Of a stretch of 64,000 nucleotides of DNA, positions 1 to 9,804 are shown piece by piece. The stretch is from a virus: IMG/VR virus record IMGVR_UViG_3300023179_000029, positions 63,399-127,398 of that record, one strand, 5' to 3'. Numbering within the stretch: position 1 is the stretch's first letter; each line of letters begins with the position of its first letter. Position numbers and translations under genes: made by a program. A model generated the notes under the pieces. The model had not been told where the DNA came from, made no database searches, and saw only the letters and a list, made by a program, of their open reading frames with translations.

Positions 1-197
1 ATTATAAGCACAAAGAAATATGGCATAAGCCCGGTTATTGGCAAGACGAATGGAAGGCTTTTTGTCTTGGCATGCCTTCAGTTTACACTGAAGCCAAGAG
101 CTTGCCAGCACCTTGGCGCGGCCCGACCATGAGTTCAATCAATCCATCTATTTATTACAAGGGTACCGAACAAGAGATTCGCTCATGGCGCGAAAAT

Positions 198-560
198 CTA
201 CTTAATGACGCCCTCCCTCTTTAATTCAGCAAGCAGCTTATTAACATCGTCCTCTGTTTCAGGGACAACGGCATCAATTTCAAAATCGCCTTCTTCGACA
301 TCGGCTTCATTAAATAGAGCGCCATACAAATCAGGGTTAGAAATAAAGATGCTATTTTTTAACTCAGCTTCTTTTTGCTGAAGCGCATTTTTGGAATCTA
401 CGGAAATTTTGTATATAAGAAGCCTGCGTTGAACAGCATTTAATCCTGTTCTTCGGCCTCCAACATGTTCATAATTTCCGATACTGTTGATGAATCGGCC
501 TTCGGCATCGAAGAGTCTGGCGAGGCCGTAAAGGTACTCAGACTCTCTTGTGATAAATTT
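198..560 (-). CDS. -1 frameshift extension of tail assembly chaperone (GT-like)
   Basis: A AAT TTA heptamer at 560-554; -1 frame open for 121 codons (KFITRESEY...LKREGVIK*) with no own ATG. Confidence 0.7.
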   Translation of the reverse strand, partial: KFITRESEYLYGLARLFDAEGRFINSIGNYEHVGGRRTGLNAVQRRLLIYKISVDSKNALQQKEAELKNSIFISNPDLYGALFNEADVEEGDFEIDAVVPETEDDVNKLLAELKREGVIK

Positions 561-973
561 TCCATTTCCTCCAAAACGTTCGCCTGTCTTTCAAGTAATT
601 GCAAATAAGCGTTATAAATATGAACAATGGTTGGTTCATACCAATTACTGATTAAATAATTAAAGCGACCTCGGGCGTTGTCTTTTTTATTAAACCCGGC
701 TTTTGGACAAAATTCTTCTTCGCCATCAACTGAAACTAATGCCAAGGCAACTTGAGCAGCTACCCAAGCTTTACCTTGACCAACTGTTTCATTGTATTCT
801 TTAATTAATAAAGAACATAATAGCTGTTCTTCTAAACGTAGAGTTCTAATTACAAATTCATGACCGCAATAATCAACAACGTCTTCAAGATATCCTAGCC
901 AAAGAAGGCCATTCACATCTTCTAAAACGTCGTCAGGGAACTCGTCTTTAACTTCAAAATTACTTTCCATCAT
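440..973 (-). CDS. Tail assembly chaperone (G-like)
   Basis: Directly downstream of tail tube gene; SD AGAAAGG before ATG at 973; contains slippery heptamer. Confidence 0.7.
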   Translation of the reverse strand: MMESNFEVKDEFPDDVLEDVNGLLWLGYLEDVVDYCGHEFVIRTLRLEEQLLCSLLIKEYNETVGQGKAWVAAQVALALVSVDGEEEFCPKAGFNKKDNARGRFNYLISNWYEPTIVHIYNAYLQLLERQANVLEEMENLSQESLSTFTASPDSSMPKADSSTVSEIMNMLEAEEQD

Positions 974-1019
974 AACCTTTCTTTTAACCCCCAAAAGGGG
1001 ACTTTAAACTTTTTATAAA

Positions 1020-1667
1020 TTAACCGAATGTGGTGGTGGTAGAGTCATAAGGAGTGACTCCACCAAGGTTCGTAGACCGGCGCTGAAGCATTGGATTGCG
1101 ACCACCGCGAGTCATGAACGTATAATTTACAAGTACGTTTTTAACAATTTCAAGTTTGCCAATTTCAATTTGCTCGCCATCTTCAACATTAGAAATGACG
1201 CAATTGTGATACTCTTCGGTATAAGGTTTCATTGTCTTGCCGCGAATTTGAGGCGGCTTAATGTATTTAACAATGCGGATTGGTCGTGGAGAGTTTGACA
1301 CTGCATTAAAAATACCGACAATATCGACCGGACCATGCCCTTTACCAAGAATTGAATCTTTAGAAACTTGTGAAGTGCCTGCTGCGTCTCCGCCTAGGTA
1401 ACTTGCAAGTCGTTCCCAAACTTGAGAACCATAAAGTTCAAAAAGCTGAAGTGTAATTGCGCCCATGCCCGCTGCCTGAGAGGTAACAAGCTCTACTGGA
1501 TATGGCTCATCAAGGGGGTGAATTTCTTTAGTTGGGGTAACAGGAGTCGGAGAAGTATGATCGATCTCCTTAGCGAAAAGAATGGGCTTATCGTCCCATG
1601 TAAAAACTGTGAAACCCGAACCAGCAATTCTGATTCTATTTTTTGCGCCAATGAGGTCACTAGCCAT
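1020..1667 (-). CDS. Tail tube protein
   Basis: 215 aa, immediately after sheath; tube-like beta-rich sequence (ITLQLFELY, EYHNCVIS). Confidence 0.7.
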   Translation of the reverse strand: MASDLIGAKNRIRIAGSGFTVFTWDDKPILFAKEIDHTSPTPVTPTKEIHPLDEPYPVELVTSQAAGMGAITLQLFELYGSQVWERLASYLGGDAAGTSQVSKDSILGKGHGPVDIVGIFNAVSNSPRPIRIVKYIKPPQIRGKTMKPYTEEYHNCVISNVEDGEQIEIGKLEIVKNVLVNYTFMTRGGRNPMLQRRSTNLGGVTPYDSTTTTFG

Positions 1668-3714
1668 TTGTCACTCCTGAGTTATTTGTATTAGTTAGTG
1701 TTAATGATCCTGATGTAAGGTCTACTGCAAATGAAACATTTACATAGTTTACTGGGAATGATGGGCGGTAACTAAACGTTACATTAATAATAGTTGGGTT
1801 AAGATCTTTGAATGTTGCGACAACATCTCCGTAACCAACAATGTCGCCGTCTGTAACAAGCGTTTGTAGCACTCCGCGAATTGCACTTTCAACAACAAGC
1901 GGAGCATTGTTGTCGGCAACAACGGTTCCAATAATCTGATTATCAATAGTTTGTAGGACTGAAAGTACCATTTTCTGTTTTGCTCTAACAACCGAAAGTT
2001 CTGATTTAGCAACAGTTTCAGTATTAACTGTTAAAGCATGTCTTACTTGAATGACCCCGTTACTATTTGTTTCAATAACAAATAGTCCATTTTGCGCATC
2101 TAGGTTCTTGTCGTCTTTACTGCGTGGATCAACATAAGTAAGACCAAGAAGGCTCTTACGAGTTAAAGTTTGTGAAGGCGCAAATCCAACCATGCGGCCT
2201 GCAATCGCGGCTGCGGCGTACTGACCGCCGATATCCACAGAGGCTCCTTTTGGAGACACAGTTTGGAATTTCGTAGGAGAAATGAGTACTGCCTGCTGGT
2301 CATCGTCTAAAGTAGAAGCATGGCCTCGTAATGTATTTGGAAGGCCGTAATTTGGACTAGATACCCCATCTTCGCCTGCAATTAAAATTACATAATTTTG
2401 GTTAGAAGTTCTTTGAGATACGGTATATTTTTGACATTCTTTGATAATTCCAATTTGCGTATCATCTGTTAAATTAACATTGCTTCCTTGATATTGACCA
2501 ATTACAGGAACAATAACTCCAAGATTTTCCAAACTTTGTAATTTCTGTAAAGTAGGGTTCCATGTTGTAGTGGCATTGGCTATTTCAACGTCACTGGGCT
2601 GTACGGCAACGTCATTAACTAATTTAAATAATGGTTGAATCCAAATGCGAGTCGCGCCGTTTAAGAAAGCAAGCGAGGCGGCTAAAGTGATGGGTTGGTT
2701 AATAGTTTTTTGATCAGGTTCAACAAAAGCGGGGCCAAATTTATTAATAATGTCTGACATATTAGTATATAATTTGGCGGTAAAATGATCGCTTGGAGTA
2801 TATTTCCAAATGACTGCAACATAAATACCATCTGGGATTTGAGTTGCTCCAGTCGTGTCAGAAGCGGGGACATACACACTAATAGTACCCGGAGTCAGGA
2901 CCGTACCGTAAGTAGTCGGCGTACCGGTTGTACTGTTTGCAACGGTAAAAGTATATCCATTGATGGCGGTTACTGTAAACGTGCCATTGTATCCGTCATG
3001 GGCTGAATCAAATCCACTAATAATGACGGTATTACCAACAGAATAACCATGAGTAGTAGTACCCGTTGTATAAGTTACTCCACCCGTGCCACTTCCTCCG
3101 CCTACAGCGGTTGTGGCTACAGCGCTAATAGTTGTGGCGGTTCCGTGTGATGTAGGAACATTATCAACGGTGTTCCTTGTTACTCCGGTTAACGTTACCG
3201 TGCCGGTTCCTGATTTACCAGTGTAAGTGATTGCGTCATCTTCAATAAGAATTGTCTGAGGATTGCTACTAGAAGCAGCGGGAAGTAGTGTCGCACCGGT
3301 GGTTACAGTAATTTTAATATCATCTGTTGATGTCGCAGATGAAATTGCTTTACTAAGAGTAGCACTAAAAGCGCTTGAGGCAGCCTTTGTCCTACGAATA
3401 TATTTAAGATTGTTTTCTGTTACAATCTCGTATTGAGTTCCTTGTGTATAGCCAACTGCGCTGTTATAAGCGCTGCCGCCCTTTAGAGGGTTGACAGCTG
3501 CAACGGATTGGATTGCAAATGTACTTGATGCATTTGCTGGAACGCCTAATCTTACTTTGTTTAATCCACTTAGCTTAATTGGATTGGTGCTTACGCTTTC
3601 GTATTCTGGAACGTAGCCAATAAGACAAATGTCGTCTGGCGTAGCAATGAGTGGCGCCACGCTAGGCTGCGTGGTTTCTTGAATTGAGACGCCGGGTGCT
3701 TGATAAGTTGCCAT
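1660..3714 (-). CDS. Contractile tail sheath protein
   Basis: N-terminal YQAPGVSIQE, C-terminal ELSVVRA...INVTFSYRPSFPVNYV typical of sheath proteins. Confidence 0.9.
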   Translation of the reverse strand: MATYQAPGVSIQETTQPSVAPLIATPDDICLIGYVPEYESVSTNPIKLSGLNKVRLGVPANASSTFAIQSVAAVNPLKGGSAYNSAVGYTQGTQYEIVTENNLKYIRRTKAASSAFSATLSKAISSATSTDDIKITVTTGATLLPAASSSNPQTILIEDDAITYTGKSGTGTVTLTGVTRNTVDNVPTSHGTATTISAVATTAVGGGSGTGGVTYTTGTTTHGYSVGNTVIISGFDSAHDGYNGTFTVTAINGYTFTVANSTTGTPTTYGTVLTPGTISVYVPASDTTGATQIPDGIYVAVIWKYTPSDHFTAKLYTNMSDIINKFGPAFVEPDQKTINQPITLAASLAFLNGATRIWIQPLFKLVNDVAVQPSDVEIANATTTWNPTLQKLQSLENLGVIVPVIGQYQGSNVNLTDDTQIGIIKECQKYTVSQRTSNQNYVILIAGEDGVSSPNYGLPNTLRGHASTLDDDQQAVLISPTKFQTVSPKGASVDIGGQYAAAAIAGRMVGFAPSQTLTRKSLLGLTYVDPRSKDDKNLDAQNGLFVIETNSNGVIQVRHALTVNTETVAKSELSVVRAKQKMVLSVLQTIDNQIIGTVVADNNAPLVVESAIRGVLQTLVTDGDIVGYGDVVATFKDLNPTIINVTFSYRPSFPVNYVNVSFAVDLTSGSLTLTNTNNSGVTNG

Positions 3715-3770
3715 TAATTAAATCCTTCGGTTATTAGGTGGGAGTGCAAGTCAATAAAGAAAGGTGCGAA

Positions 3771-4427
3771 TTAATCAATTTTTGGTACTGGTTCGACTCC
3801 ATCAACATATGGATAAAGGAAAACCTTTGAAACATATTCGAATGGCATATCTGAAGGGAGGCTGTAAAACTCTCCTAAAACATTAACTCGATAAGAAGTT
3901 GTATAAACTAGGTCATCTTCAGAATTCCATGGAACTTTATTAGTTGTTTCATTAAATCCGTTAATTTTATCTGAATTAATATTGATATAATGCCCAGCCG
4001 AATCTGGAATTAATTCAGGCTTAGGCGGATAAATCCGATTGAAAAAATTGTTTGTGTAATCTGATAGATCCCCCATAGCAATAGTTTGGACAATGGTATC
4101 TGCAATTAAGTCTCTATCAAGAGAAGATAGGGTATTAATTGAAAATTCAATATCTCCGTTATACATATAATGTTTAAATTTCCAAATTTTTCCATCTTCG
4201 CTTTGAAATATTTCTTCGTGCCCAACTCCGACATTTTTAATTTCAGTTTCATAAAATTGAATAACAACCGCTGGAAATTTCTGCCTTTCTTTAGGAAACT
4301 CAATGGTGACATTGGTTTCTTGTAATTTATTATCTACATGATTGGCAAAAACTGGTTTGAGTGATTCTACTAAAGCAGTTTTAATATAAGTCTTATATCG
4401 AACTGTTTTTTCAGGCAAATAATTCAT
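3771..4427 (-). CDS. Tail completion/terminator-like protein
   Basis: Position between neck genes and sheath; FPAVVIQF...IEFSINTLS pattern. Confidence 0.55.
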   Translation of the reverse strand: MNYLPEKTVRYKTYIKTALVESLKPVFANHVDNKLQETNVTIEFPKERQKFPAVVIQFYETEIKNVGVGHEEIFQSEDGKIWKFKHYMYNGDIEFSINTLSSLDRDLIADTIVQTIAMGDLSDYTNNFFNRIYPPKPELIPDSAGHYININSDKINGFNETTNKVPWNSEDDLVYTTSYRVNVLGEFYSLPSDMPFEYVSKVFLYPYVDGVEPVPKID

Positions 4428-5266
4428 CGATCTATCTCAACGTTCATAAGTATATGATTACTAGGCAATAAAGTAATTTCGTAATTTTGATTAACCATAT
4501 GCCTGTTTCCTAAATCGCCAGAATATTCCCTTCGACCTTTACGATCTAATCCTCTTATAGTCACGGGATTAGTTAATTTTGCTTGATATCTACGAGTTGA
4601 ATTTGCAAAAAATCCATTTTCATCTAATTCAATATTAATAATTAAATCATTATCGTTAACTTTGGGAAACCACCCCATTGTAACTTGGGCAGTCTGCACT
4701 TGTATCATTGCACCAGTTGGAGTTAAAGTGAAAAAATCTTGGGCGGAATCAGGTTGAATCAAATAAGTGACAATTCCCGGCCCATATCCTCTGTATTTAG
4801 GAGCTTGAATCCAAGAGGAATCCGGGGCTTCATCAGCCCTTATTATATTGCCATTTGATGGATCAATCCATTCATCTTCCGATTTTTCTTTTGATACAAA
4901 ACCAGATCCCCAAGAAAAATGATCATTATTTCGGGTTTGACCATAAATGTTGTCAAAATTTGGCGAACGTTCGGCAATATTATTTTCAACGTCATCAATT
5001 GTAAACATTTTTTTAATGATGACTGGTTGACCCATTCTGCGCATTAAATCATAAACTTGTCGCCGTAAGCGTTTAATATCTTGAGGTGCGGATTCTTCAC
5101 CAACGTATTTAGATAAATATAAAAGCTGATCATGAATTTTACTTTTAATGCCAAAATCCATAGCCAAAGAAGACGTAGCGTTGATTAAAGTTTCAACCGA
5201 TACGCCAGCATTTAAATTACCTTCAGTTTGAAGGATTTTTGCTGTATTATCTATATAATTAGTCAT
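4424..5266 (-). CDS. Neck/head-closure protein
   Basis: Position in neck module; FPKVNDNDLII motif reminiscent of stopper proteins. Confidence 0.5.
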   Translation of the reverse strand: MTNYIDNTAKILQTEGNLNAGVSVETLINATSSLAMDFGIKSKIHDQLLYLSKYVGEESAPQDIKRLRRQVYDLMRRMGQPVIIKKMFTIDDVENNIAERSPNFDNIYGQTRNNDHFSWGSGFVSKEKSEDEWIDPSNGNIIRADEAPDSSWIQAPKYRGYGPGIVTYLIQPDSAQDFFTLTPTGAMIQVQTAQVTMGWFPKVNDNDLIINIELDENGFFANSTRRYQAKLTNPVTIRGLDRKGRREYSGDLGNRHMVNQNYEITLLPSNHILMNVEIDR

Positions 5267-5274
5267 TAGACCCC

Positions 5275-5754
5275 TTAAGTTAGGGTAATGACCAAACTAC
5301 CGGCGCTAATATCAAATGTGTCTCCACTGGCCATAGTTACCGGAGCAGACAAGTCGCCAAACCAAAGAAGGTTTCCGCTTGTTAATGCATCCCAAATACC
5401 CATAGCGACAATTGGCACTGAGGCAGTTGCACCGGAAGTTCCAGCCCAATACCCGCTAGCCGAAAATGATATTTTTCCGTTAGTCACTGGAGTCGATCCG
5501 GTATTTGATACAATTCCAGTTGTTGTATCAATGGTCCAATAAGGATTACCGCCAGCAGAAGTTGTATAGACTTGAGGGCGGCTATAGCCGCTTCCTTGAA
5601 CTTCAACACCATTGGTCATAGTACCATCGCTATTAATAATAGGACTAGTAACAAATAATCCTACGTAGGTTGCTGTATGCCAAGATGGAGTTGGAGCAAC
5701 TCCTAGACTTTGTTGAACTAGTCTATTTCTAAGATATGGTGTAATGTTTGCCAT
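5275..5754 (-). CDS. Virion structural protein
   Basis: GYSR...GIWDALTSGNLLWFGDL...GDTF.I.AGSL motif common in phage virion proteins. Confidence 0.65.
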   Translation of the reverse strand: MANITPYLRNRLVQQSLGVAPTPSWHTATYVGLFVTSPIINSDGTMTNGVEVQGSGYSRPQVYTTSAGGNPYWTIDTTTGIVSNTGSTPVTNGKISFSASGYWAGTSGATASVPIVAMGIWDALTSGNLLWFGDLSAPVTMASGDTFDISAGSLVITLT

Positions 5755-5787
5755 CGTATATTAAGGTGTCGTAATTTATGATTAATA

Positions 5788-6687
5788 CTACCAATAACCG
5801 CGTCCAACAGACCTTGCACGCATTGGCGCAGGAATAAGACGACCGGCTTTTGCAGAAACAAGAAGCTTGCTGTGGCCAAGTTGAAGAAACCCGCGTTTAT
5901 AAAGAGCTACCCAACGGTCATATTGAGCTTTTTCAAGAGTATGCATTGTCTCCCAGCGTTGAAGATAATCGCGACGATCTTGAAAGGCAACTTGCGCACC
6001 AGTGGGCATGGGTTGTTCAACGTATGAACGCATAATGTGACGAAGGGCTTGAATAAATACCCCTTGCACAAGAAGAGGATAATTATTTGTTACCGTGTAA
6101 GTCGCAGGAGTCGCCCCGTCAGAATGAACGAAATCTGCAATTCCAAGATTGGTTGGAGGATTTTGATAATTAATATCAAAAAGAGCATCGTTAATAAACT
6201 TTTCCATTTTTTCTTCACGGAAAAAATTCATTGTTACATCTTGTAACCAAGGCCCTTCATGCTCGGCATCAAAACAATCTTCTAATTTAGTCCAAACGCC
6301 ATCAGCCACAACCCGAACGGGGGAATCAACAATTTCAAATGGATCAAAAATTTCAAAATCCACTCTAGTTGATTTCGAAGTTCCGTCTATTAATTCAAAT
6401 GTTGCTACACCAATATGGTGCCCTAATTGCGGAACCTCGGTAATCCCATTAGTTTGATAATCACTGGGTTCAAAAATTAATAAACCGGTCCCATTTTCAA
6501 GCACCTCTCCTTGAATTGGATTTCCATTATTAGACCTTGTTTTATCCGGATATTGAATAACAAATGAAACGGAGCCAAGGTCTTCGTAAGAATGAGGTTG
6601 GTCATTCTCGTCATAAGGACGAGCGATAAGGCGAACGGAATCGCCTAAAGCAACAATTTTTAATTGACTGTCAAATCCAAGGCTCAT
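5788..6687 (-). CDS. Head-to-tail adaptor protein
   Basis: INDALFDINYQNPPT and DRRDYLQRW motifs; position downstream of capsid; start reassigned to ATG 6687. Confidence 0.6.
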   Translation of the reverse strand: MSLGFDSQLKIVALGDSVRLIARPYDENDQPHSYEDLGSVSFVIQYPDKTRSNNGNPIQGEVLENGTGLLIFEPSDYQTNGITEVPQLGHHIGVATFELIDGTSKSTRVDFEIFDPFEIVDSPVRVVADGVWTKLEDCFDAEHEGPWLQDVTMNFFREEKMEKFINDALFDINYQNPPTNLGIADFVHSDGATPATYTVTNNYPLLVQGVFIQALRHIMRSYVEQPMPTGAQVAFQDRRDYLQRWETMHTLEKAQYDRWVALYKRGFLQLGHSKLLVSAKAGRLIPAPMRARSVGRGYW

Positions 6688-6726
6688 GCATTTATTAACT
6701 GTTGGCAATAAATGATCTTAAAATAA

Positions 6727-6748
6727 AAGGGCCGCACAAGGCGGCCCT
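6727..6748 (-). terminator. Intrinsic terminator
   Basis: AGGGCCGC/GCGGCCCT stem followed by T-run on the minus strand. Confidence 0.7.
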
Positions 6749-6770
6749 AATACTTTAAATTCAAATAAAA

Positions 6771-7088
6771 TTACTTATCTGAATCGTCAGCAGCAGGCTC
6801 GTCAGCGGGGGCCTCTTCGGCCTTAGCGGCGGCTTTCTTTGTTGACTTCTTGGGAGCGGCCTTCTTGACCTCTTCCTTAACGGTTTCAACAACTTCTTCA
6901 GTCTTGTCAACAACGGTTTCAACGGCTGACTGCGCAACCTCTACCGAATCAGTTGCAAGACTCTTAAGAGCCTCAACGACTTCCTGAAGTTCCGCCTCTG
7001 CTTTTGCAAGGCTGGACTTGAAATGTGCAATAGTGGATGTAAGAGTCCACTCGCGTAGCTCTAGATCCCTTTGATTATTTTCGCTCAT
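6771..7088 (-). CDS. Hypothetical coiled-coil protein, Lys/Ala-rich tail
   Basis: ORF with SD AAGGA. Confidence 0.7.
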   Translation of the reverse strand: MSENNQRDLELREWTLTSTIAHFKSSLAKAEAELQEVVEALKSLATDSVEVAQSAVETVVDKTEEVVETVKEEVKKAAPKKSTKKAAAKAEEAPADEPAADDSDK

Positions 7089-7101
7089 ATTTTTCCTTTA
7101 T

Positions 7102-7710
7102 TTATTCGCGCTCGCTGATTGGAGGCAGCGGAGCGATAGAAATGGGCTTCCCATATTCATCTAGCGAACTACCCGGAACATTAGCCCTTGCTGGCTGAAC
7201 GCTGCGAGTAACTTCGATAGACTTTTCTTCATTGTTTCTACCAGAAACTTCGTTTAGCTGACCAATGGTGATACTAATATCTTCATTGGACGGAGTAAGT
7301 CCGGTGAACTCTCCTTTATTACCAAGAGGATCAGTAAGAATATCCTCTGGGCGAGGCGTTGCAAGCGATGATGCATTAGTCATCTGCTTCTCACGGATCT
7401 TGGTTGCGTCAGCTGCGGAAATGACCTCATAAAGAGTTCCAAGGTTATCAAGGAAAATTGGGTCATCCAATTCTTCTTTACTGATAGCGGCCATATCATT
7501 TCTTTGACCGCGAGCGTTTAACTGAATTCTGCGACCAGAATCGAATGTTACGCGAACGTCAACGCCGCGAACATTACGAACATACTTGGTAGTAGATGTG
7601 GACTTCTTTGGTGCAGGCTTAGCCTTGGTCGCTGTGCGCTTAGCGGGAATCGCCTTTGCGCCAGCAGGCTCTGCACCCTGTCCATTAGGGGTTAACTTCT
7701 TAGGTGGCAT
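7102..7710 (-). CDS. Hypothetical head-associated protein
   Basis: 202 aa ORF in the head module, basic N-terminus. Confidence 0.6.
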   Translation of the reverse strand: MPPKKLTPNGQGAEPAGAKAIPAKRTATKAKPAPKKSTSTTKYVRNVRGVDVRVTFDSGRRIQLNARGQRNDMAAISKEELDDPIFLDNLGTLYEVISAADATKIREKQMTNASSLATPRPEDILTDPLGNKGEFTGLTPSNEDISITIGQLNEVSGRNNEEKSIEVTRSVQPARANVPGSSLDEYGKPISIAPLPPISERE

Positions 7711-7822
7711 AATAAATTCTCTCTTTCTATAACAATATAATACTTAACTTGATACTACAAACGAGACTTGCCACTGATTAACGATGGGAATCGAACATGT
7801 AAATAGTAAGCCGAAAGGACGC

Positions 7823-7851
7823 TTGATAAACAGGATACTGTCTGGTATAGT
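7823..7851 (+). promoter_or_regulatory. Sigma70-type promoter of NlpC/P60 gene
   Basis: TTGATA-N17-TATAGT with TG extension. Confidence 0.6.
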
Positions 7852-7994
7852 ATCTGCACAAGCCGACGTTCGGCTTTTTATTTATAAACGAACAAAGGAG
7901 AATATTCCACTGGTCTCACTCAGCCCGTTAAGTAGTTAAGTATTGGGCTTGCGAAGTCAATGTAGGACAAATGAGTGTGTTCCAAGGAAATTTT

Positions 7995-8648
7995 ATGTTT
8001 AATAACAAAATGCTCATATTAGTTGCATTTATTGCGACTATGGCACTTATTGCCATTTGTCCATCAAATGCAAATGCGGAAATTTCGCAACCAAACAAAA
8101 ACGTTATTCAATTGTTTGACAATAATGGCGGAGTTATTCCAGAACAAAAACCGCCAACTCCAATTGAAAAATGGACTGGCAAAGTAAAAATTGCCGGGAT
8201 TACCAAGAAAGTAAACACAGACAATGCTTCTAAACCCATTGTAGAGGGTTCTAAGGCAATTGTTTATAATGGCATGGCATATGCTCCCAAAACCGCTCCT
8301 AAAATTGTACAAGCGGTTATTTGGGCCGGAAATCAAATTCGTAACCTTCCTTATTTATGGGGAGGCGGTCATGCATCATTCAAAGCATCAGGATACGATT
8401 GCTCTGGATCTGTTTCATATGCTCTTTATGGCGCTAAATTAATTAAATCGCCAATGGCATCAGGTGGGTATTATTCATGGGGCGAATCTGGTCCCGGAAA
8501 ATGGATTACTATCTATACAAATAGTGGCCACATGTATATGCATATAGCTGGAATTAGATTTGATACATCAGGAGCCAATCCTTCAAGATGGCAATCTGAT
8601 TTAAGGCCTAGCTCTTCATATGCGCTTAGGCATCCAAAGAACTTGTAA
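7995..8648 (+). CDS. Secreted NlpC/P60-like cell wall peptidase
   Basis: Signal peptide; PYLWGGGH, GYDCSGSVS (catalytic Cys), GHMYM (His); SD AAGGA before ATG 7995. Confidence 0.85.
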   Translation: MFNNKMLILVAFIATMALIAICPSNANAEISQPNKNVIQLFDNNGGVIPEQKPPTPIEKWTGKVKIAGITKKVNTDNASKPIVEGSKAIVYNGMAYAPKTAPKIVQAVIWAGNQIRNLPYLWGGGHASFKASGYDCSGSVSYALYGAKLIKSPMASGGYYSWGESGPGKWITIYTNSGHMYMHIAGIRFDTSGANPSRWQSDLRPSSSYALRHPKNL

Positions 8649-8670
8649 AGTTTGCATTAAATTAAGCAAA

Positions 8671-8701
8671 TAAAAAGGCCCCCATTGCTGGGGGCCTTTT
8701 C
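8671..8701. terminator. Bidirectional intrinsic terminator
   Basis: AAAAAGGCCCCCA-TTGC-TGGGGGCCTTTT between convergent NlpC/P60 and capsid genes. Confidence 0.85.
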
Positions 8702-8723
8702 TTTACCCAAAGGTAAGCTAGGA

Positions 8724-9794
8724 TCAGGCAAGGCCTGAGATGTCGAGCTTGGTTGGGGTGAATGGTACAGAACCATTCTTGACGATTCGTGAGAGGCCAC
8801 GGGCGTTAAGGATAAGCATACCAACAAGCTCGTCCATGACCCATCCCTTCCAGAATGTCTCAACGGAGTGGTTCTCCTCAACGTCAAGTGAGTACATGAC
8901 GGGGAATACACCGACGTAATCAGGCTCAGCGGTAAGGAAGATCTCGCCCTGTGGGACGATGATCGAACGCTGGATCTGGAATTCACCGAATGTGGTGATC
9001 TTCTCTCCACCGAATACCTTATCCTTGAACTCAAAGCCAGTTACGTTGAGATCCCAGTTGTAGAAGTCACGGGCGTCCGCAGGGTGAATGAGGATGCGAC
9101 GTGCCTCTAGCTGGTTGGTCTCAATCTGTGCGACAGCGTTGTAGAAGTCGCTAGGCTCTAGTGGGTTGCCAGAACCGATGACAACAGTCTGCTCCTTGTT
9201 AGAAGCGGCCTGTGCGGCGTCACCAGCGGTCTGAACACCACCAGTTGGGGCGGTACCAACGGTACCATTTGTACGAGCGGTTGCAAGCTCCGAAATAGCA
9301 GCCTCAAGAAGAAGGATAAGACGGGCGTCTTCCTGCTTCTGGATGGCCTGACGGCTCTCGTCCTGAGCGTACTCTACCGCGTTTACACGGAGGTAGTATA
9401 GATCTTCCTTACGGATACGAGGGAACGTAGCGATACGGAAGAGCTGAGGGAAGGCCTGCTTGCCCTCAAATGGGGTGATCTTAACTTCCGAGTCGGTCTG
9501 GTTAAGGATATAAGCCCTACCCAGATCGTCAAGGATGTCGTAAGGCATGAGGGGACCGCGCTCTAGAGTGTCCTCAATAAGAACATTACGAGTAATGCCC
9601 TCATAACGAAGACGAATCTGGATTGGACCAATCATACCCTGACCGATGCGGCGCATAGCGTTAGAAGAATCCTTAAGGATCGACTGTAGCTTCTGAGCCT
9701 TGGCCTCCTTACTGAGCTTAGGATCGTCAGCAAGCTTTGCTTCGTAGTCGGCTGATGAAATAGCCTTGCGTGATGTTAGTTCCATATTAATCAT
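8724..9794 (-). CDS. Major capsid protein (Bxz1-like myovirus type)
   Basis: GQGMIGPIQIRLRYEGI, ITPFEGK, LFRIATFP.I.KEDLYYLR recognised as Bxz1-like capsid motifs; SD AGAAAGGA. Confidence 0.9.
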   Translation of the reverse strand: MINMELTSRKAISSADYEAKLADDPKLSKEAKAQKLQSILKDSSNAMRRIGQGMIGPIQIRLRYEGITRNVLIEDTLERGPLMPYDILDDLGRAYILNQTDSEVKITPFEGKQAFPQLFRIATFPRIRKEDLYYLRVNAVEYAQDESRQAIQKQEDARLILLLEAAISELATARTNGTVGTAPTGGVQTAGDAAQAASNKEQTVVIGSGNPLEPSDFYNAVAQIETNQLEARRILIHPADARDFYNWDLNVTGFEFKDKVFGGEKITTFGEFQIQRSIIVPQGEIFLTAEPDYVGVFPVMYSLDVEENHSVETFWKGWVMDELVGMLILNARGLSRIVKNGSVPFTPTKLDISGLA

Positions 9795-9804
9795 GTTCCT
9801 TTCT

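Noticed and set aside
3785-3805. GGTTCGACTCC tRNA T-arm-like sequence
   Set aside because: Inside a coding region, with no acceptor stem or cloverleaf
7915-7950. c-di-AMP (ydaO) riboswitch upstream of NlpC/P60
   Set aside because: Only AGCCCGT resembles the consensus; GCUGAAUC, GGGGGA and GGGGUGAA elements are missing
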